Below, piece by piece: positions 10,878 through 20,038 of a stretch of DNA of 64,000 nt. Origin of the DNA: Blastocatellia bacterium (GTDB lineage Bacteria; Acidobacteriota; Blastocatellia; UBA7656). The stretch is from contig CAVXWP010000009.1 in assembly GCA_963765495.1 (NCBI GenBank), forward strand, positions 64,001 through 128,000. The letters run 5' to 3'. The number at the start of each line of letters is the position of its first letter. Within the stretch, counting starts at the first letter, position 1. The notes under the pieces were generated by a model, which was not told the DNA's origin, searched no databases, and worked only from the letters and a program-made list of their open reading frames with translations. Position numbers and translations under genes: made by a program.

Positions 10878-11831
10878 ATGTTCAAGAATGCGGGTGTTTT
10901 CTTAACTTTTATAGCTTTACTCACCGCGGCGGCGACCTGCGTGGCAGCACAGAAGGGCGCTCCCGCAAGCAAGATTCTGGGTCGCTGGGATATGACCGTT
11001 CAGTCGGCCGAAGGCGGGAGTTTCCCGTCGTGGCTCGAGATCACTCAGGACGGTGACCATCTCACAGGCAGATTCGTAGGGCAGGTCGGCAGCCAGAGAC
11101 CGATCAAGAGCGTCACCTACACAGACGGCGTGCTTAAATTCAGCCTCCCTATACAGTACGAGCAGCGCGCATCTGATCTGAGCTTCGAAGCAAAGCTTAT
11201 GCGAAATATGCTTGAAGGCACGACGACCGACCCGAAAGGGACTATCGTGAAATGGTCCGCCGTCAGAGCGCCTTCGCTTGCGCGCAAGGGGGAGCCGAAA
11301 TGGGGCAAACCCATAGAGCTATTCAACGGGCACGACCTGACCGGATGGAGGATGCGCGACCCGAGCGTCAAGAATGCCTGGGAGGTCGAAGACGGCGTGA
11401 TGGTAAACGCGCCTCACAGCACAGACATCATAACCGAGCGAAAGTTCACGGATTTCAAACTGCACGTAGAGTTCAAGATGGTCGAAAAGAGCAACAGCGG
11501 CGTCTATCTGCGCGGACGCCACGAAGTTCAGATACAGGACGATTACGGCAAAGAGCCTGAGAGCCATCGCATCGGCGGCGTTTACGGTTTTATCACGCCT
11601 ACATCAAACCCGGCAAAAAAACCGGGCGAATGGCAGACCTATGATATAACGCTTGTGGGCCGCAATGTCACGGTAGTCCTCAACGGCGAGACCATCATAG
11701 ACAATGCCGAGATTCCCGGCATCACAGGCGGCGCGCTCGACAGCCGCGAGGGCGAACCCGGCCCGCTGATGCTGCAAGGCGATCACGAAAAAATCTACTA
11801 CCGCAACATCGTGATCACACCGGCGAAATAA
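10878..11831 (+). CDS. DUF1080 (3-keto-disaccharide hydrolase-like) exported protein
   Basis: AGGAGG RBS, signal peptide, LFNGHDLTGW, NSGVYLRG, EVQIQD, GEWQTYDI, LQGDH, YRNI. Confidence 0.9.
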   Translation: MFKNAGVFLTFIALLTAAATCVAAQKGAPASKILGRWDMTVQSAEGGSFPSWLEITQDGDHLTGRFVGQVGSQRPIKSVTYTDGVLKFSLPIQYEQRASDLSFEAKLMRNMLEGTTTDPKGTIVKWSAVRAPSLARKGEPKWGKPIELFNGHDLTGWRMRDPSVKNAWEVEDGVMVNAPHSTDIITERKFTDFKLHVEFKMVEKSNSGVYLRGRHEVQIQDDYGKEPESHRIGGVYGFITPTSNPAKKPGEWQTYDITLVGRNVTVVLNGETIIDNAEIPGITGGALDSREGEPGPLMLQGDHEKIYYRNIVITPAK

Positions 11832-11945
11832 GGGATGAGGGATGAAAAGGACTCTCAGGGAAAATTCCGATTAATTGGTTTGACCGTTTGTTGGAGCCTT
11901 CACCGACAGTCCTTTTCATCCCTCATCCCTCATCCCTCATCCCTT
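11830..11945. repeat. Palindromic heptamer-arm element A2: (AGGGATG)2-AAAAGGACT ... AGTCCTTTT-(CATCCCT)4
   Basis: Inverted arms; spacer homologous to the element at 18779-18907. Confidence 0.95.
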
Positions 11946-11957
11946 TTATTGGGTGTT

Positions 11958-13310
11958 ATGAGAATGAATAATAAGATTTTGAGATTGCGGCGCGCGGCTC
12001 TTATTATGGTTTGCGTGCTGGCGATGGGAGCGGGATTAGCAGCTTCGCCACAAAGGAAGGCTATGAAGCCAAAGGAGCCTCTTTCAAAGACGATGAATCG
12101 AATCGCGGAATCTTATGCGAAGCTTGCTCTCGCCGTAGGCCAGCACGACGAAGGCTACATCGACGCCTATTACGGCCCGCCCGCCTGGCAGGCGGAGGCA
12201 AAGCGGCAAAAGAGATCGCTCGCGGCGATCAGTCGCGAAGCCGATTCGTTGATCAAAGAACTTGAGTTGCTGAACGTATCGAAGGAAGAAGAGATCGTCA
12301 GACTCAGGCATCAATATCTGCTCAAGCAGTTGCAGGCACTTGGCGCGCGTGTCCACATGCTCCGTGGCGGAAAGCTCTCTTTCGATGAAGAATCGCGCGC
12401 GTTATATGATGCCGAAGCGCCTACCTACACCGAAGATCATTTCAAAGCGATACTTGATCGGCTCGACAAGAAACTGCCCGGAGAGGGGACGCTCATCGAG
12501 CGATACGAGAGATACAAAAAAGACTTCATCATACCGAAAGATAAGCTCAATGCGGTATTCACGGCGGCAATCGAAGAGGCTCGCTCACGCACGCGTAAGC
12601 ACATAGAGCTTCCCGAAGGTGAAAGCTTTGAAATCGAGTATGTCACAAACAAGCCGTGGAGCGGTTACAACTGGTACAAGGGCAACAGCCACAGTCTGAT
12701 TCAGGTAAACACGGACCTGCCTATCTACATTGACCGCGCCGTCGATCTGGCGTCGCACGAAGGTTATCCGGGCCACCACGTCTATAACGTGCTGCTCGAA
12801 CAACATCTGGTAAAAGAGCGCGGCTGGGTGGAATTTTCGGTCTACCCGCTCTTCAGCCCGCAGTCACTGATCGCCGAGGGCAGCGCGAATTACGGAATCG
12901 AAGTCGCCTTTCCGCGCGACGACCGCATGCGTTTCGAGCGCGAAGTGCTCTTCCCGCTGGCCGGACTCGACCCTGCAAAGGTCGAAGAGTATTACGCGAT
13001 TGGAGACCTTGTCGGAGAGTTGAGCTACGCCGGAAACGAGGCGGCCCGCCGTTATCTGAACGGCAAGATCAACGCCGATCAGGCGGCTGAATGGCTGAAC
13101 AGATACGCCATGACGCCTATTGACCGGGCGCGCCAGCGAGTCCGTTTCTTTGACACTTATCGCAGCTATGTAATCAATTACAATCTGGGCCGCGATATGG
13201 TAGGTCGCTATATCGAAAGCCGGGGCGGAACCGAAGACCACCCGGAAAAGCGATGGGAGGAATTCAAGGAATTGCTCTCTTCACCCCGATTGCCTTCGGG
13301 GCTGAAATAG
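11958..13310 (+). CDS. Exported DUF885-like putative zinc metallopeptidase
   Basis: Signal peptide; HEGYPGHH followed by AEG-A-Y; start approximate because the ORF extends upstream into a repeat. Confidence 0.7.
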   Translation: MRMNNKILRLRRAALIMVCVLAMGAGLAASPQRKAMKPKEPLSKTMNRIAESYAKLALAVGQHDEGYIDAYYGPPAWQAEAKRQKRSLAAISREADSLIKELELLNVSKEEEIVRLRHQYLLKQLQALGARVHMLRGGKLSFDEESRALYDAEAPTYTEDHFKAILDRLDKKLPGEGTLIERYERYKKDFIIPKDKLNAVFTAAIEEARSRTRKHIELPEGESFEIEYVTNKPWSGYNWYKGNSHSLIQVNTDLPIYIDRAVDLASHEGYPGHHVYNVLLEQHLVKERGWVEFSVYPLFSPQSLIAEGSANYGIEVAFPRDDRMRFEREVLFPLAGLDPAKVEEYYAIGDLVGELSYAGNEAARRYLNGKINADQAAEWLNRYAMTPIDRARQRVRFFDTYRSYVINYNLGRDMVGRYIESRGGTEDHPEKRWEEFKELLSSPRLPSGLK

Positions 13311-13312
13311 CT

Positions 13313-13407
13313 CGTGATGCGTGATACCTGATGCGTGATTTTCAGGCAGATGTCTATAAACCGGCAACTTCCTATTTCACTCATCACGTATCACGCATCA
13401 CGCATCA
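13313..13407. repeat. Palindromic heptamer-arm element B1 (GCGTGAT/ATCACGC)
   Basis: CGTGATGCGTGATACCTGATGCGTGA ... TCACTCATCACGTATCACGCATCACGCATCA; supplies the stop codon of the LytTR gene. Confidence 0.9.
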
Positions 13408-14167
13408 GCCCTCGCACGAACCGGCGATGTTTGCGCGAAACCGGAAGCCGCATCCCCGTATTTGTCTCGACCCACATCTGGCCGTCTCGCGTAGTGTAGG
13501 CCGATGTGATGGCCGATATTTTCACTATGTTGTTTCGATGTAGCTGCTTGAAAATTGCGGGGTCCAGACGTTCGGCAAGACGATTGAGCGACAAATCTGA
13601 TATGCCTTCGCGCTGGCCGTCGAAATAGACACAGGTGTAATGATCGCGGCTTACAAAACAGGTGATGTCCCGGTCTTCCACTACTGTCAGTCGCCCGCCC
13701 TGCTTTACGGTCAATCTTCGCAGACAACCTTCCTTTTCAGAGATTTTTGATTCGAGCGATTTCAGCCGCTCTTCGTCTGAACGGCGCGTAATCGCGTGGT
13801 CGAGAGCCTGAGCGAAACGCTCCGGCGTGAAGGGCTTCAAAAGATAATCACAGGCGTGCTCTTCGAATGCGCGTATCGCGAATTCGTCATAAGCAGTCTG
13901 AAAGATTATAGAAAAAGGGCGTTCCTCAAACTGCTGCAATACCTCGAAACCCGACAGGCCCGGCATCTCGATGTCCAGAAGTATTATGTCGGGAGCAAAC
14001 CCTTTTATCAGTTCAACGGCCTGCAAGCCTGTCCCCGCTTCCGCGATCGCAAATGATGAGTTGTACTGATTCAAGTAACGGCGAAGTCGCTGACGCGCCA
14101 GCGGCTCATCGTCCACGACGAGGATGCGCATGACTTCGGTCCCTTTTTCATCCGGCGTTTCAGACAA
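13391..14167 (-). CDS. LytTR-family response regulator
   Basis: Receiver (VVDDEPLAR, LDIEMPG, TAYDEFAIRAFE, DYLLKP) plus LytTR domain (FKQLHRNNIV, LPVSR); alternative ATG at 14131. Confidence 0.93.
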   Translation of the reverse strand: MSETPDEKGTEVMRILVVDDEPLARQRLRRYLNQYNSSFAIAEAGTGLQAVELIKGFAPDIILLDIEMPGLSGFEVLQQFEERPFSIIFQTAYDEFAIRAFEEHACDYLLKPFTPERFAQALDHAITRRSDEERLKSLESKISEKEGCLRRLTVKQGGRLTVVEDRDITCFVSRDHYTCVYFDGQREGISDLSLNRLAERLDPAIFKQLHRNNIVKISAITSAYTTRDGQMWVETNTGMRLPVSRKHRRFVRGLMRDA

Positions 14168-15215
14168 TCTTTTCTCCTGAAAAGTAAAAACTCGCTACGG
14201 TCTTGCCATCATCATCCCGATTGATTTTGAAATCGTGCCGGTCGCCGTAGAGCAAATCCAAACGGGCGCGAGTGTTCGCAAGCCCCGTCCCCTCGCTCGC
14301 GCCTTCCCGGTACGGCTCTCCCGTGTTTGATATGAGCAGGTGGTAACTGCCTCCGTCGGTCTTCGATATAGCTACACAGATGTGACCGCCGTCTATTGAT
14401 TTCGAGATGCCGTGCTTGACCGCGTTTTCAACGAGGGTCTGCACTATCAAACTCGGAATGTAAACTTCTCTGTTATCCCCCGAAGCCTCTATACAGAAAG
14501 TAAGGCGCGAGCCAAAACGCAACTGCTCAAGTTCCATATAACGCCGCGCTATATCGAGTTCGGAGGCAAGGGGCGCGGTCTTCAAAGAAGAACTGGCCAG
14601 TATCTGCCGGTACAGATCAGACAGAGTGTAGGCGGTCTCGGCTGCGCGCTCGTGATCCGACTCTATCAACTCCGCGAGGCTATTGAGCGCATTGAACAAA
14701 AAGTGAGGGCGCATCTGGTGTTCGAGCGCGTTGTAGCGGGCTTCGGCAAGCGTGGCTCGAAGCGAGAGCGCGTCCTCGCGGGCCTGACGATATGCGAAAT
14801 ACAGGAAGAATGGTATCGCCGTGAGCAGGCCGAATAAAATCGCCGCGCCCAGAGGAGAACTCGCGGGCGGCTCTCCGAGTATCCTGGCATTAACGAGTCG
14901 GGCGAGCCAGATTCCACAAACGATTCCAATACTGCCGACCAGGAAAGGCAAAAACTTTGGCACTCGCAAAGGCAACCCGGTCCTTACACGGATACTTATT
15001 ATGGCGGCAAATACGCCGCCGAAAAGAAAGAATATGGCAAGCGAGATCATCACGCCGTAATTCAAAGAGACGATCAACCCGGTAAGGACTGCGCCGCGCC
15101 TTTGCCAATCGCCGAGGCTCAGAAAAAACGGGACGAGCGAGGCCGCTATTCCCCACGGAACATAGATGAGGTTATGGAGAAACTCTTTTCGGTATCTGCG
15201 CCACTCGGGTCTCAT
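14160..15215 (-). CDS. LytS/YehU-family membrane histidine kinase
   Basis: Four TM helices, QMRPHFLFNALNS, LVENAVKHG, GTGLAN. Confidence 0.93.
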   Translation of the reverse strand: MRPEWRRYRKEFLHNLIYVPWGIAASLVPFFLSLGDWQRRGAVLTGLIVSLNYGVMISLAIFFLFGGVFAAIISIRVRTGLPLRVPKFLPFLVGSIGIVCGIWLARLVNARILGEPPASSPLGAAILFGLLTAIPFFLYFAYRQAREDALSLRATLAEARYNALEHQMRPHFLFNALNSLAELIESDHERAAETAYTLSDLYRQILASSSLKTAPLASELDIARRYMELEQLRFGSRLTFCIEASGDNREVYIPSLIVQTLVENAVKHGISKSIDGGHICVAISKTDGGSYHLLISNTGEPYREGASEGTGLANTRARLDLLYGDRHDFKINRDDDGKTVASFYFSGEKIV

Positions 15216-15274
15216 CGCTACACCGATTCTGGCAGAAATTCTCCGCTCTGCCAATAACCTCAAGGTCGCAAGTG

Positions 15275-15305
15275 TGCAGTTCAGTCGCAAAAACCTGCCG
15301 TTCAG
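15275..15305 (+). promoter_or_regulatory. LytTR binding direct repeat
   Basis: TGCAGTTCAG (15275) and TGCCGTTCAG (15296), 21-bp period. Confidence 0.75.
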
Positions 15306-15394
15306 AAGATTGTTCTTCTGAGCAGGAAGCCCGCCCCGTACACTCTTGCGAGCAAAGAGAACCAGACAGGCAAAGGCTAAGGAGACTAAATACT

Positions 15395-15898
15395 ATGGAC
15401 ACTCTGGGAATAGTTCACATGACCTTTGGCAGCGCGGCGCTCGCGCTCGGGATGGGCGTTGTGGCGCTCAAGAAAGGCACGCGCATACACAGAACCATAG
15501 GCCATCTGTATTTTTCGAGCATGATCGGGTTAAACGTTACCGCGCTTTCGATATACAAGCTCTTTGGCGTATTCGGCCCCTTTCACGCGCTGGCTCTGGT
15601 GAGCCTGGGGTATGTGATTTTCGGAGTGATGGTAGCGGTTCTCAGGCGGCCGCGAAGGACGTGGGTCGCGCGACACGCGAAGTTCATGCTGTGGTCTTAT
15701 GTAGGACTGTGGGCCGCCGCCGTCTCCGAGATCACTGCGAGGGTGCCGGGCTGGAACTTCTGGATTGCGGTTGCGATACCTTCGACTCTGGTAGCGGTAA
15801 TCGGAGGCATACTGATTCACACCCGGGCAGGCGCGATCATAAACCGTTTGATGCAACGCGAACAGACCGCCCCGGAAATGGCCGCGACCGCGCGTTAG
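15395..15898 (+). CDS. DUF2306-like membrane protein
   Basis: AAGGAG RBS; KKGTRIHRTIGHLY, FGPFH, H..FMLWSY; about 5 TM helices. Confidence 0.78.
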   Translation: MDTLGIVHMTFGSAALALGMGVVALKKGTRIHRTIGHLYFSSMIGLNVTALSIYKLFGVFGPFHALALVSLGYVIFGVMVAVLRRPRRTWVARHAKFMLWSYVGLWAAAVSEITARVPGWNFWIAVAIPSTLVAVIGGILIHTRAGAIINRLMQREQTAPEMAATAR

Positions 15899-15917
15899 CA
15901 CAAGAAGTGTAAGTGGA

Positions 15918-16000
15918 AATAGGCCGGGACGGACGCGGATCGGGCGGATTTTCGCGGATTAGCTCATACAGGATCAGATCCGCGTCCGTCCCGGCCTATT
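15918..16000. repeat. Palindromic 9-mer-arm element E1
   Basis: Perfect 24-bp IR AATAGGCCGGGACGGACGCGGATC; core GGATTAGCTCATACAGGATCAGATCC. Confidence 0.92.
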
Positions 16001-16057
16001 ATGACGATCCAATTTTTGCAGTCGGGTTCACGGAATCAACAAAAGGAGACAACAAAG

Positions 16058-16228
16058 ATGACCAGCCGACCAAATACTATCGCCATCGTCCTGACGACGA
16101 TTGGCACGCTGCTTTTCATAATGTCCGGCTTTCAGATACTCCCGTGGAAATACACGGTCTTTGCCGCGATTGCCTGCTACATACTGGCTGGCATGAGCAG
16201 GCGAATCACAAAACAGAGAGAGGAATAA
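16058..16228 (+). CDS. Small 56-aa two-TM protein
   Basis: AAGGAG RBS before MTSRPNTIAIV; two hydrophobic helices and a basic tail. Confidence 0.6.
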   Translation: MTSRPNTIAIVLTTIGTLLFIMSGFQILPWKYTVFAAIACYILAGMSRRITKQREE

Positions 16229-16328
16229 TGAGTGATAAATGATGCGTGATACGTGATTCGTTGTCTTGATTGATTGCGATTTCCGGTCACGCATCACGCA
16301 TCACTCTTCACGCATCACTCTTCACGCA
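16228..16328. repeat. Palindromic heptamer-arm element B2
   Basis: TGATGCGTGATACGTGA ... TCACGCATCACGCATCACTCTTCACGCATCAC; starts at a stop codon. Confidence 0.88.
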
Positions 16329-16370
16329 CCACTATTTCAGAGTCAGCGTCTTCGCCTCCACTTCTGCATC

Positions 16371-16625
16371 TCAGGCTCGCCGGTTCAAGTAAGCGTAGAG
16401 TTTCGCTCCGGCAAATTGCCCGGCGAAAAAGGCTCCCACGAGGACGGGAAAAGTGATGAGTCGCCAGCCGAGCCCTGAAAAGATGCGAAGCGCGATCACA
16501 ATCGGAACCGGCAGATGGATCGCCAGTATCCACTGCAAAGAGAATTTCCGCACGCCCGCCCGCCAGTATCCGAAAGGCACGTTTAAGATAAAGACTATGA
16601 TCGCTACGAGCCAGAGTTTCATCAT
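16371..16625 (-). CDS. Small conserved membrane protein
   Basis: 84 aa; LNVPFGYWR...KFS.QW.LAIHLPVP motif; 3 hydrophobic segments. Confidence 0.7.
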   Translation of the reverse strand: MMKLWLVAIIVFILNVPFGYWRAGVRKFSLQWILAIHLPVPIVIALRIFSGLGWRLITFPVLVGAFFAGQFAGAKLYAYLNRRA

Positions 16626-16684
16626 CTGCCGGAAGAGTCATTAAACTCTCAGTAAATTGTGTTTGATAAAGCAGGCGATGCTCT

Positions 16685-18757
16685 TCAATTTCCTGCTTCT
16701 TTCTTCTCCTCTTTCGCGTCTTCGGGCACTTGCGGGTTTATGAAATCCGGCAGCGGGTCGCCCCAGATGTAATGGTTGAACCAGTCAAGGTTATGCTGCA
16801 TGACGGCGCGCATGGCTTTTGGCTTTGTGATGCCGTGGCCAAACCCTTTATAGACGACCATCTCGACCTTTACTCCGCGATCTTCGAGCGCCTGTCGCAA
16901 CTCGTAGGCATTTGCAATCGGCACACGGCGATCAAGTTCTCCGTGCTGAATGAGCGTAGGCGTGCGCGCCTGTTTGATATAGGTGATAGGCGAGGTCTTT
17001 TGATATATTTCCGGGTCATCGACGGGGTCTTTGCCCAGATACTGAATCGTGAAAGGCGTGATGTCGGTGTTGTAATAATAGGTCGCCCAGTCTGAAATCC
17101 CCGCGCCGACCGAAATTGCCGCGAAGCGGTCGGTCGAAGCGGTCAGAAAAGCCGAGATATAGCCACCCTGGCTCCAGCCCATGCAGGCAACTCTCTTTGG
17201 GTCCACCCATCCTTTTGCTATCAGGTAATCGACTCCCGAAATCACATCCCACGCATCGCCTACGCCAAGATTCCGCAGATTTAATTGCCGGAATTTTTCG
17301 CCATACCCGGCGCTACCTCGATAGTTCACTTTCAGTATCAAGGCTCCGCGTGCCGCCCAGATGTCGGCAGGGTAATACCGCGTGTCGCGCACCAGCAGCA
17401 CAGGCATGTCGATGCCGGTCGGGCCTCCGTGAATGATGCACAGCAGCGGATATTTTTTCGACGGGTCAAAATCGGCGGGCTTTATCAAAACGCCTTCGAT
17501 AGTAGTCTCATCCTTGCTCTTCCACGAGATGACCTCTCGCGAGCCGAGTATGAAATTCGATGCCTGTTGGCCCAGATGAGTCAGGGCGCGAGGCGAGAAG
17601 TTCTCGACATCCGATATAAACACATCTGTCATCGCCGTAGGCGAACTGGCCGTGAAAGCCACACGCCGCCCGTCGCCGGTAAATGAAAACGAGAAGGCGA
17701 TCAAATCTGCGGGAGAGGTGACGCGGGTGATCTTAGAGCCCGTCGAATCGGTGCGAAAAAGGTGCGCGTATGTCTTTTGAAGCGCGCTGAAATATATGCC
17801 TTTTGAGTTCCACGCAACGAAACCGGGGCTCTCATCGAAGTCGCCGGTAATAGAACGAGGCGTACCGCCTTCGGCAGGGATGATGGCGAGCCGAGAGTTG
17901 GAATGGAAATAGACCGGGTTCCCCATCGCCGTTGAAAACAGAATCTGTTTGCCGTCGGGCGACCATTGCGGCCCGCCATCCGGGCCGGGCTGCGAGACTA
18001 TTTTTCTGATCGAATTATCGGCAACCGTCAGCAGGTAAATGTCCGAGGTTCCGCCCGATATCAGATCGGGGTTGATCGCAGCGCCAAAGGCAATCTTCGA
18101 TCCGTCGGGCGACCATGAGAATGAATTCACGCTGAATTCATTCCCCTTTGTCAGTTGCTTACCGGCGACCGGCCCTTCCATGGCCTCGGCCACGTCGAGC
18201 ACCCAGAGATGCGTGTAGTCGTAATCCTTTCGCACCACAAAGAAATCGCCGAAATATTCCTTTCTATCTTTCTCGGGTTTTGTCGCGGGCACGGTGGCCG
18301 TGAAGGCGATTCGCTTTCCGTCTCTTGACCAGTCATAGCCGCCAACTCCGGTTTCGGATTTAGTCAACTGGATAGCCTCTCCGCCGTTTGGACTGATAAC
18401 GAAAAGCTGATTTTTGTCGTCAGCGCGGCTGCTTGTAAACGAAAGCCACCGGCTATCGGGCGACCACGAAAAGTTGCTCGCGGATTTCTCGCCTCGCGTG
18501 AGTTGAAACGTCTCGGTCGTAGTCGTATTGACAAGCCATATCTGGCTGACATAGGCGTCCTGCTTAAAATTGGATGTCGACACACTGTAGGCGACCCATT
18601 TGCCGTCGGGAGAAATTTCTATGCCGCCCACCGATTTGATGTTCAACAAATCGTCGATTGTCGGCACGTGACGACCATTGGAATCAGCCCTTGCAAAAGC
18701 GACTGTGAGGCCAAGCTGGACAACAAGTGCGATTGAGATAGCTGCTCGTTTGATCAT
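16685..18757 (-). CDS. S9 family peptidase (acylaminoacyl/dipeptidyl peptidase) with PD40 propeller
   Basis: Signal peptide, WSPDG repeats, IHGGP, NYRGSAGYG, GWSQGG, HGELDRRVP, GHG. Confidence 0.93.
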   Translation of the reverse strand: MIKRAAISIALVVQLGLTVAFARADSNGRHVPTIDDLLNIKSVGGIEISPDGKWVAYSVSTSNFKQDAYVSQIWLVNTTTTETFQLTRGEKSASNFSWSPDSRWLSFTSSRADDKNQLFVISPNGGEAIQLTKSETGVGGYDWSRDGKRIAFTATVPATKPEKDRKEYFGDFFVVRKDYDYTHLWVLDVAEAMEGPVAGKQLTKGNEFSVNSFSWSPDGSKIAFGAAINPDLISGGTSDIYLLTVADNSIRKIVSQPGPDGGPQWSPDGKQILFSTAMGNPVYFHSNSRLAIIPAEGGTPRSITGDFDESPGFVAWNSKGIYFSALQKTYAHLFRTDSTGSKITRVTSPADLIAFSFSFTGDGRRVAFTASSPTAMTDVFISDVENFSPRALTHLGQQASNFILGSREVISWKSKDETTIEGVLIKPADFDPSKKYPLLCIIHGGPTGIDMPVLLVRDTRYYPADIWAARGALILKVNYRGSAGYGEKFRQLNLRNLGVGDAWDVISGVDYLIAKGWVDPKRVACMGWSQGGYISAFLTASTDRFAAISVGAGISDWATYYYNTDITPFTIQYLGKDPVDDPEIYQKTSPITYIKQARTPTLIQHGELDRRVPIANAYELRQALEDRGVKVEMVVYKGFGHGITKPKAMRAVMQHNLDWFNHYIWGDPLPDFINPQVPEDAKEEKKEAGN

Positions 18758-18778
18758 TATAAAATCCTCCGCTTCAGG

Positions 18779-18907
18779 AGGGATGAGGGATGAGGGATGA
18801 GGGATGAAAAGGACCGTCAGGATAGCTCTCGATTATAAGGTCAACCGCATTAATCGGATTGTTTCCTTAGAGTCCTTTTCATCCCTCATCCCTCATCCCT
18901 CATCCCT
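18779..18907. repeat. Palindromic heptamer-arm element A3, inverted copy of A2
   Basis: (AGGGATG)4AAAAGGAC ... GTCCTTTT(CATCCCT)4; abuts the stop codon at 18908. Confidence 0.95.
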
Positions 18908-19807
18908 TTATCGCGCCAGCCACATCTTTATGGTGCGCGTCACGAGGTCCGAGGCGTCCTGCTGAACGAAATGGCTTGCGCCGGGAATGGTCACAAGAGT
19001 CAAATCCTGCTCTACCCAATCCCAGGTTCCGTTGAGCGCGCCCGCAAGCAACGCCGTGTCTTTCAGGCCGTGAATCATCAGCACGGGCGCTTTTACTTTC
19101 ACAAGAGGCCCGGTGTCTTCCGTGTAAGGCTCTCGCGGATAATTCCGCTTGTAATAATTGAGCATGGCCTCGAAATCGCTTCGACGAAAAGCCTCGACAT
19201 ATTTCTCTCTTGCTTTGGGGTCTTTGACCCAGAAGGCCAGACGTTCGGGCGTAAGCTCTTTCTCGGCCCCCTCTTTTTGAAAATTGCGCGCATACTGGCT
19301 GTTCTTCTGTTGTTCGGGATTATTGGCCAGTTCTCGGCGCAGGCCGCGCGGATGGGGCAGATTCAGGATGATCAGTTTTTCGGTCATCTGCGGGCGCGTC
19401 ATAGCAAAAGTCCACGCCACGATTCCTCCCCAATCGTGCCCAACTATGACGGCCTTATCGCGGCCAAGATGGCGAATGACCGCTTCCACATCGCCGACCA
19501 GCAGACTGATGTCATAGTTTTCTACGCCCTTTGGCTTGTCGCTCAGGTTATAGCCTCGCTGATCAATTGCCACCACCTGATAGTTTGCTGAAAGCGCCTC
19601 CATCTGATCGCGCCACGTATACCAGAAATCCGGAAAGCCGTGAATCATCACGATGAGCGGGCCTTTGCCGAGGCTCGCGTAATGAATCTTCACGCCGTTG
19701 CTATCGGCATAGCCGTGCTCTACGCGCTTGTCGAGATCGGAATCCGCCTTTGCAGAAACGCTTAGAAGGACCAGCCCCGCAAATATTACCGAAAGGATTC
19801 GTTTCAT
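18908..19807 (-). CDS. Exported epoxide hydrolase-like alpha/beta hydrolase
   Basis: Signal peptide MKRILSV; [18 protein letters not shown], Asp nucleophile in GHDWGG, SHFVQ. Confidence 0.88.
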   Translation of the reverse strand: MKRILSVIFAGLVLLSVSAKADSDLDKRVEHGYADSNGVKIHYASLGKGPLIVMIHGFPDFWYTWRDQMEALSANYQVVAIDQRGYNLSDKPKGVENYDISLLVGDVEAVIRHLGRDKAVIVGHDWGGIVAWTFAMTRPQMTEKLIILNLPHPRGLRRELANNPEQQKNSQYARNFQKEGAEKELTPERLAFWVKDPKAREKYVEAFRRSDFEAMLNYYKRNYPREPYTEDTGPLVKVKAPVLMIHGLKDTALLAGALNGTWDWVEQDLTLVTIPGASHFVQQDASDLVTRTIKMWLAR

Positions 19808-19940
19808 TAGGAATCTCCTTGATTGCCTGTTATTCACCTGAAAGATGAATTCCACTGTGCCATATCTGTGGTCGGGTTGACCAGCCTGTTTTAATCTGTG
19901 GCGCAATGGTTTGTCAATCGCGTGATGGATGAAAAAACAT

Positions 19941-20015
19941 AGAAAGGATTAACAGGATTAACAGGTTTCTTAAGGAGGAAAAGAAAAATCTTGTTGAATC
20001 TTGTTAATCCTGTCT
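19941..20015. repeat. Palindromic 9-mer-arm element F1 (ACAGGATTA/TAATCCTGT)
   Basis: AGAAAGGATTAACAGGATTAACAGG ... ATCTTGTTGAATCTTGTTAATCCTGTCT. Confidence 0.8.
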
Positions 20016-20038
20016 GAAAATGTGTTCTTCTTCGGACC

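Noticed and set aside
19852-19909. Weak inverted repeat CCACTGTGCCATA / TGTGGCGCAATGG
   Set aside because: Too degenerate to assign to an element family.
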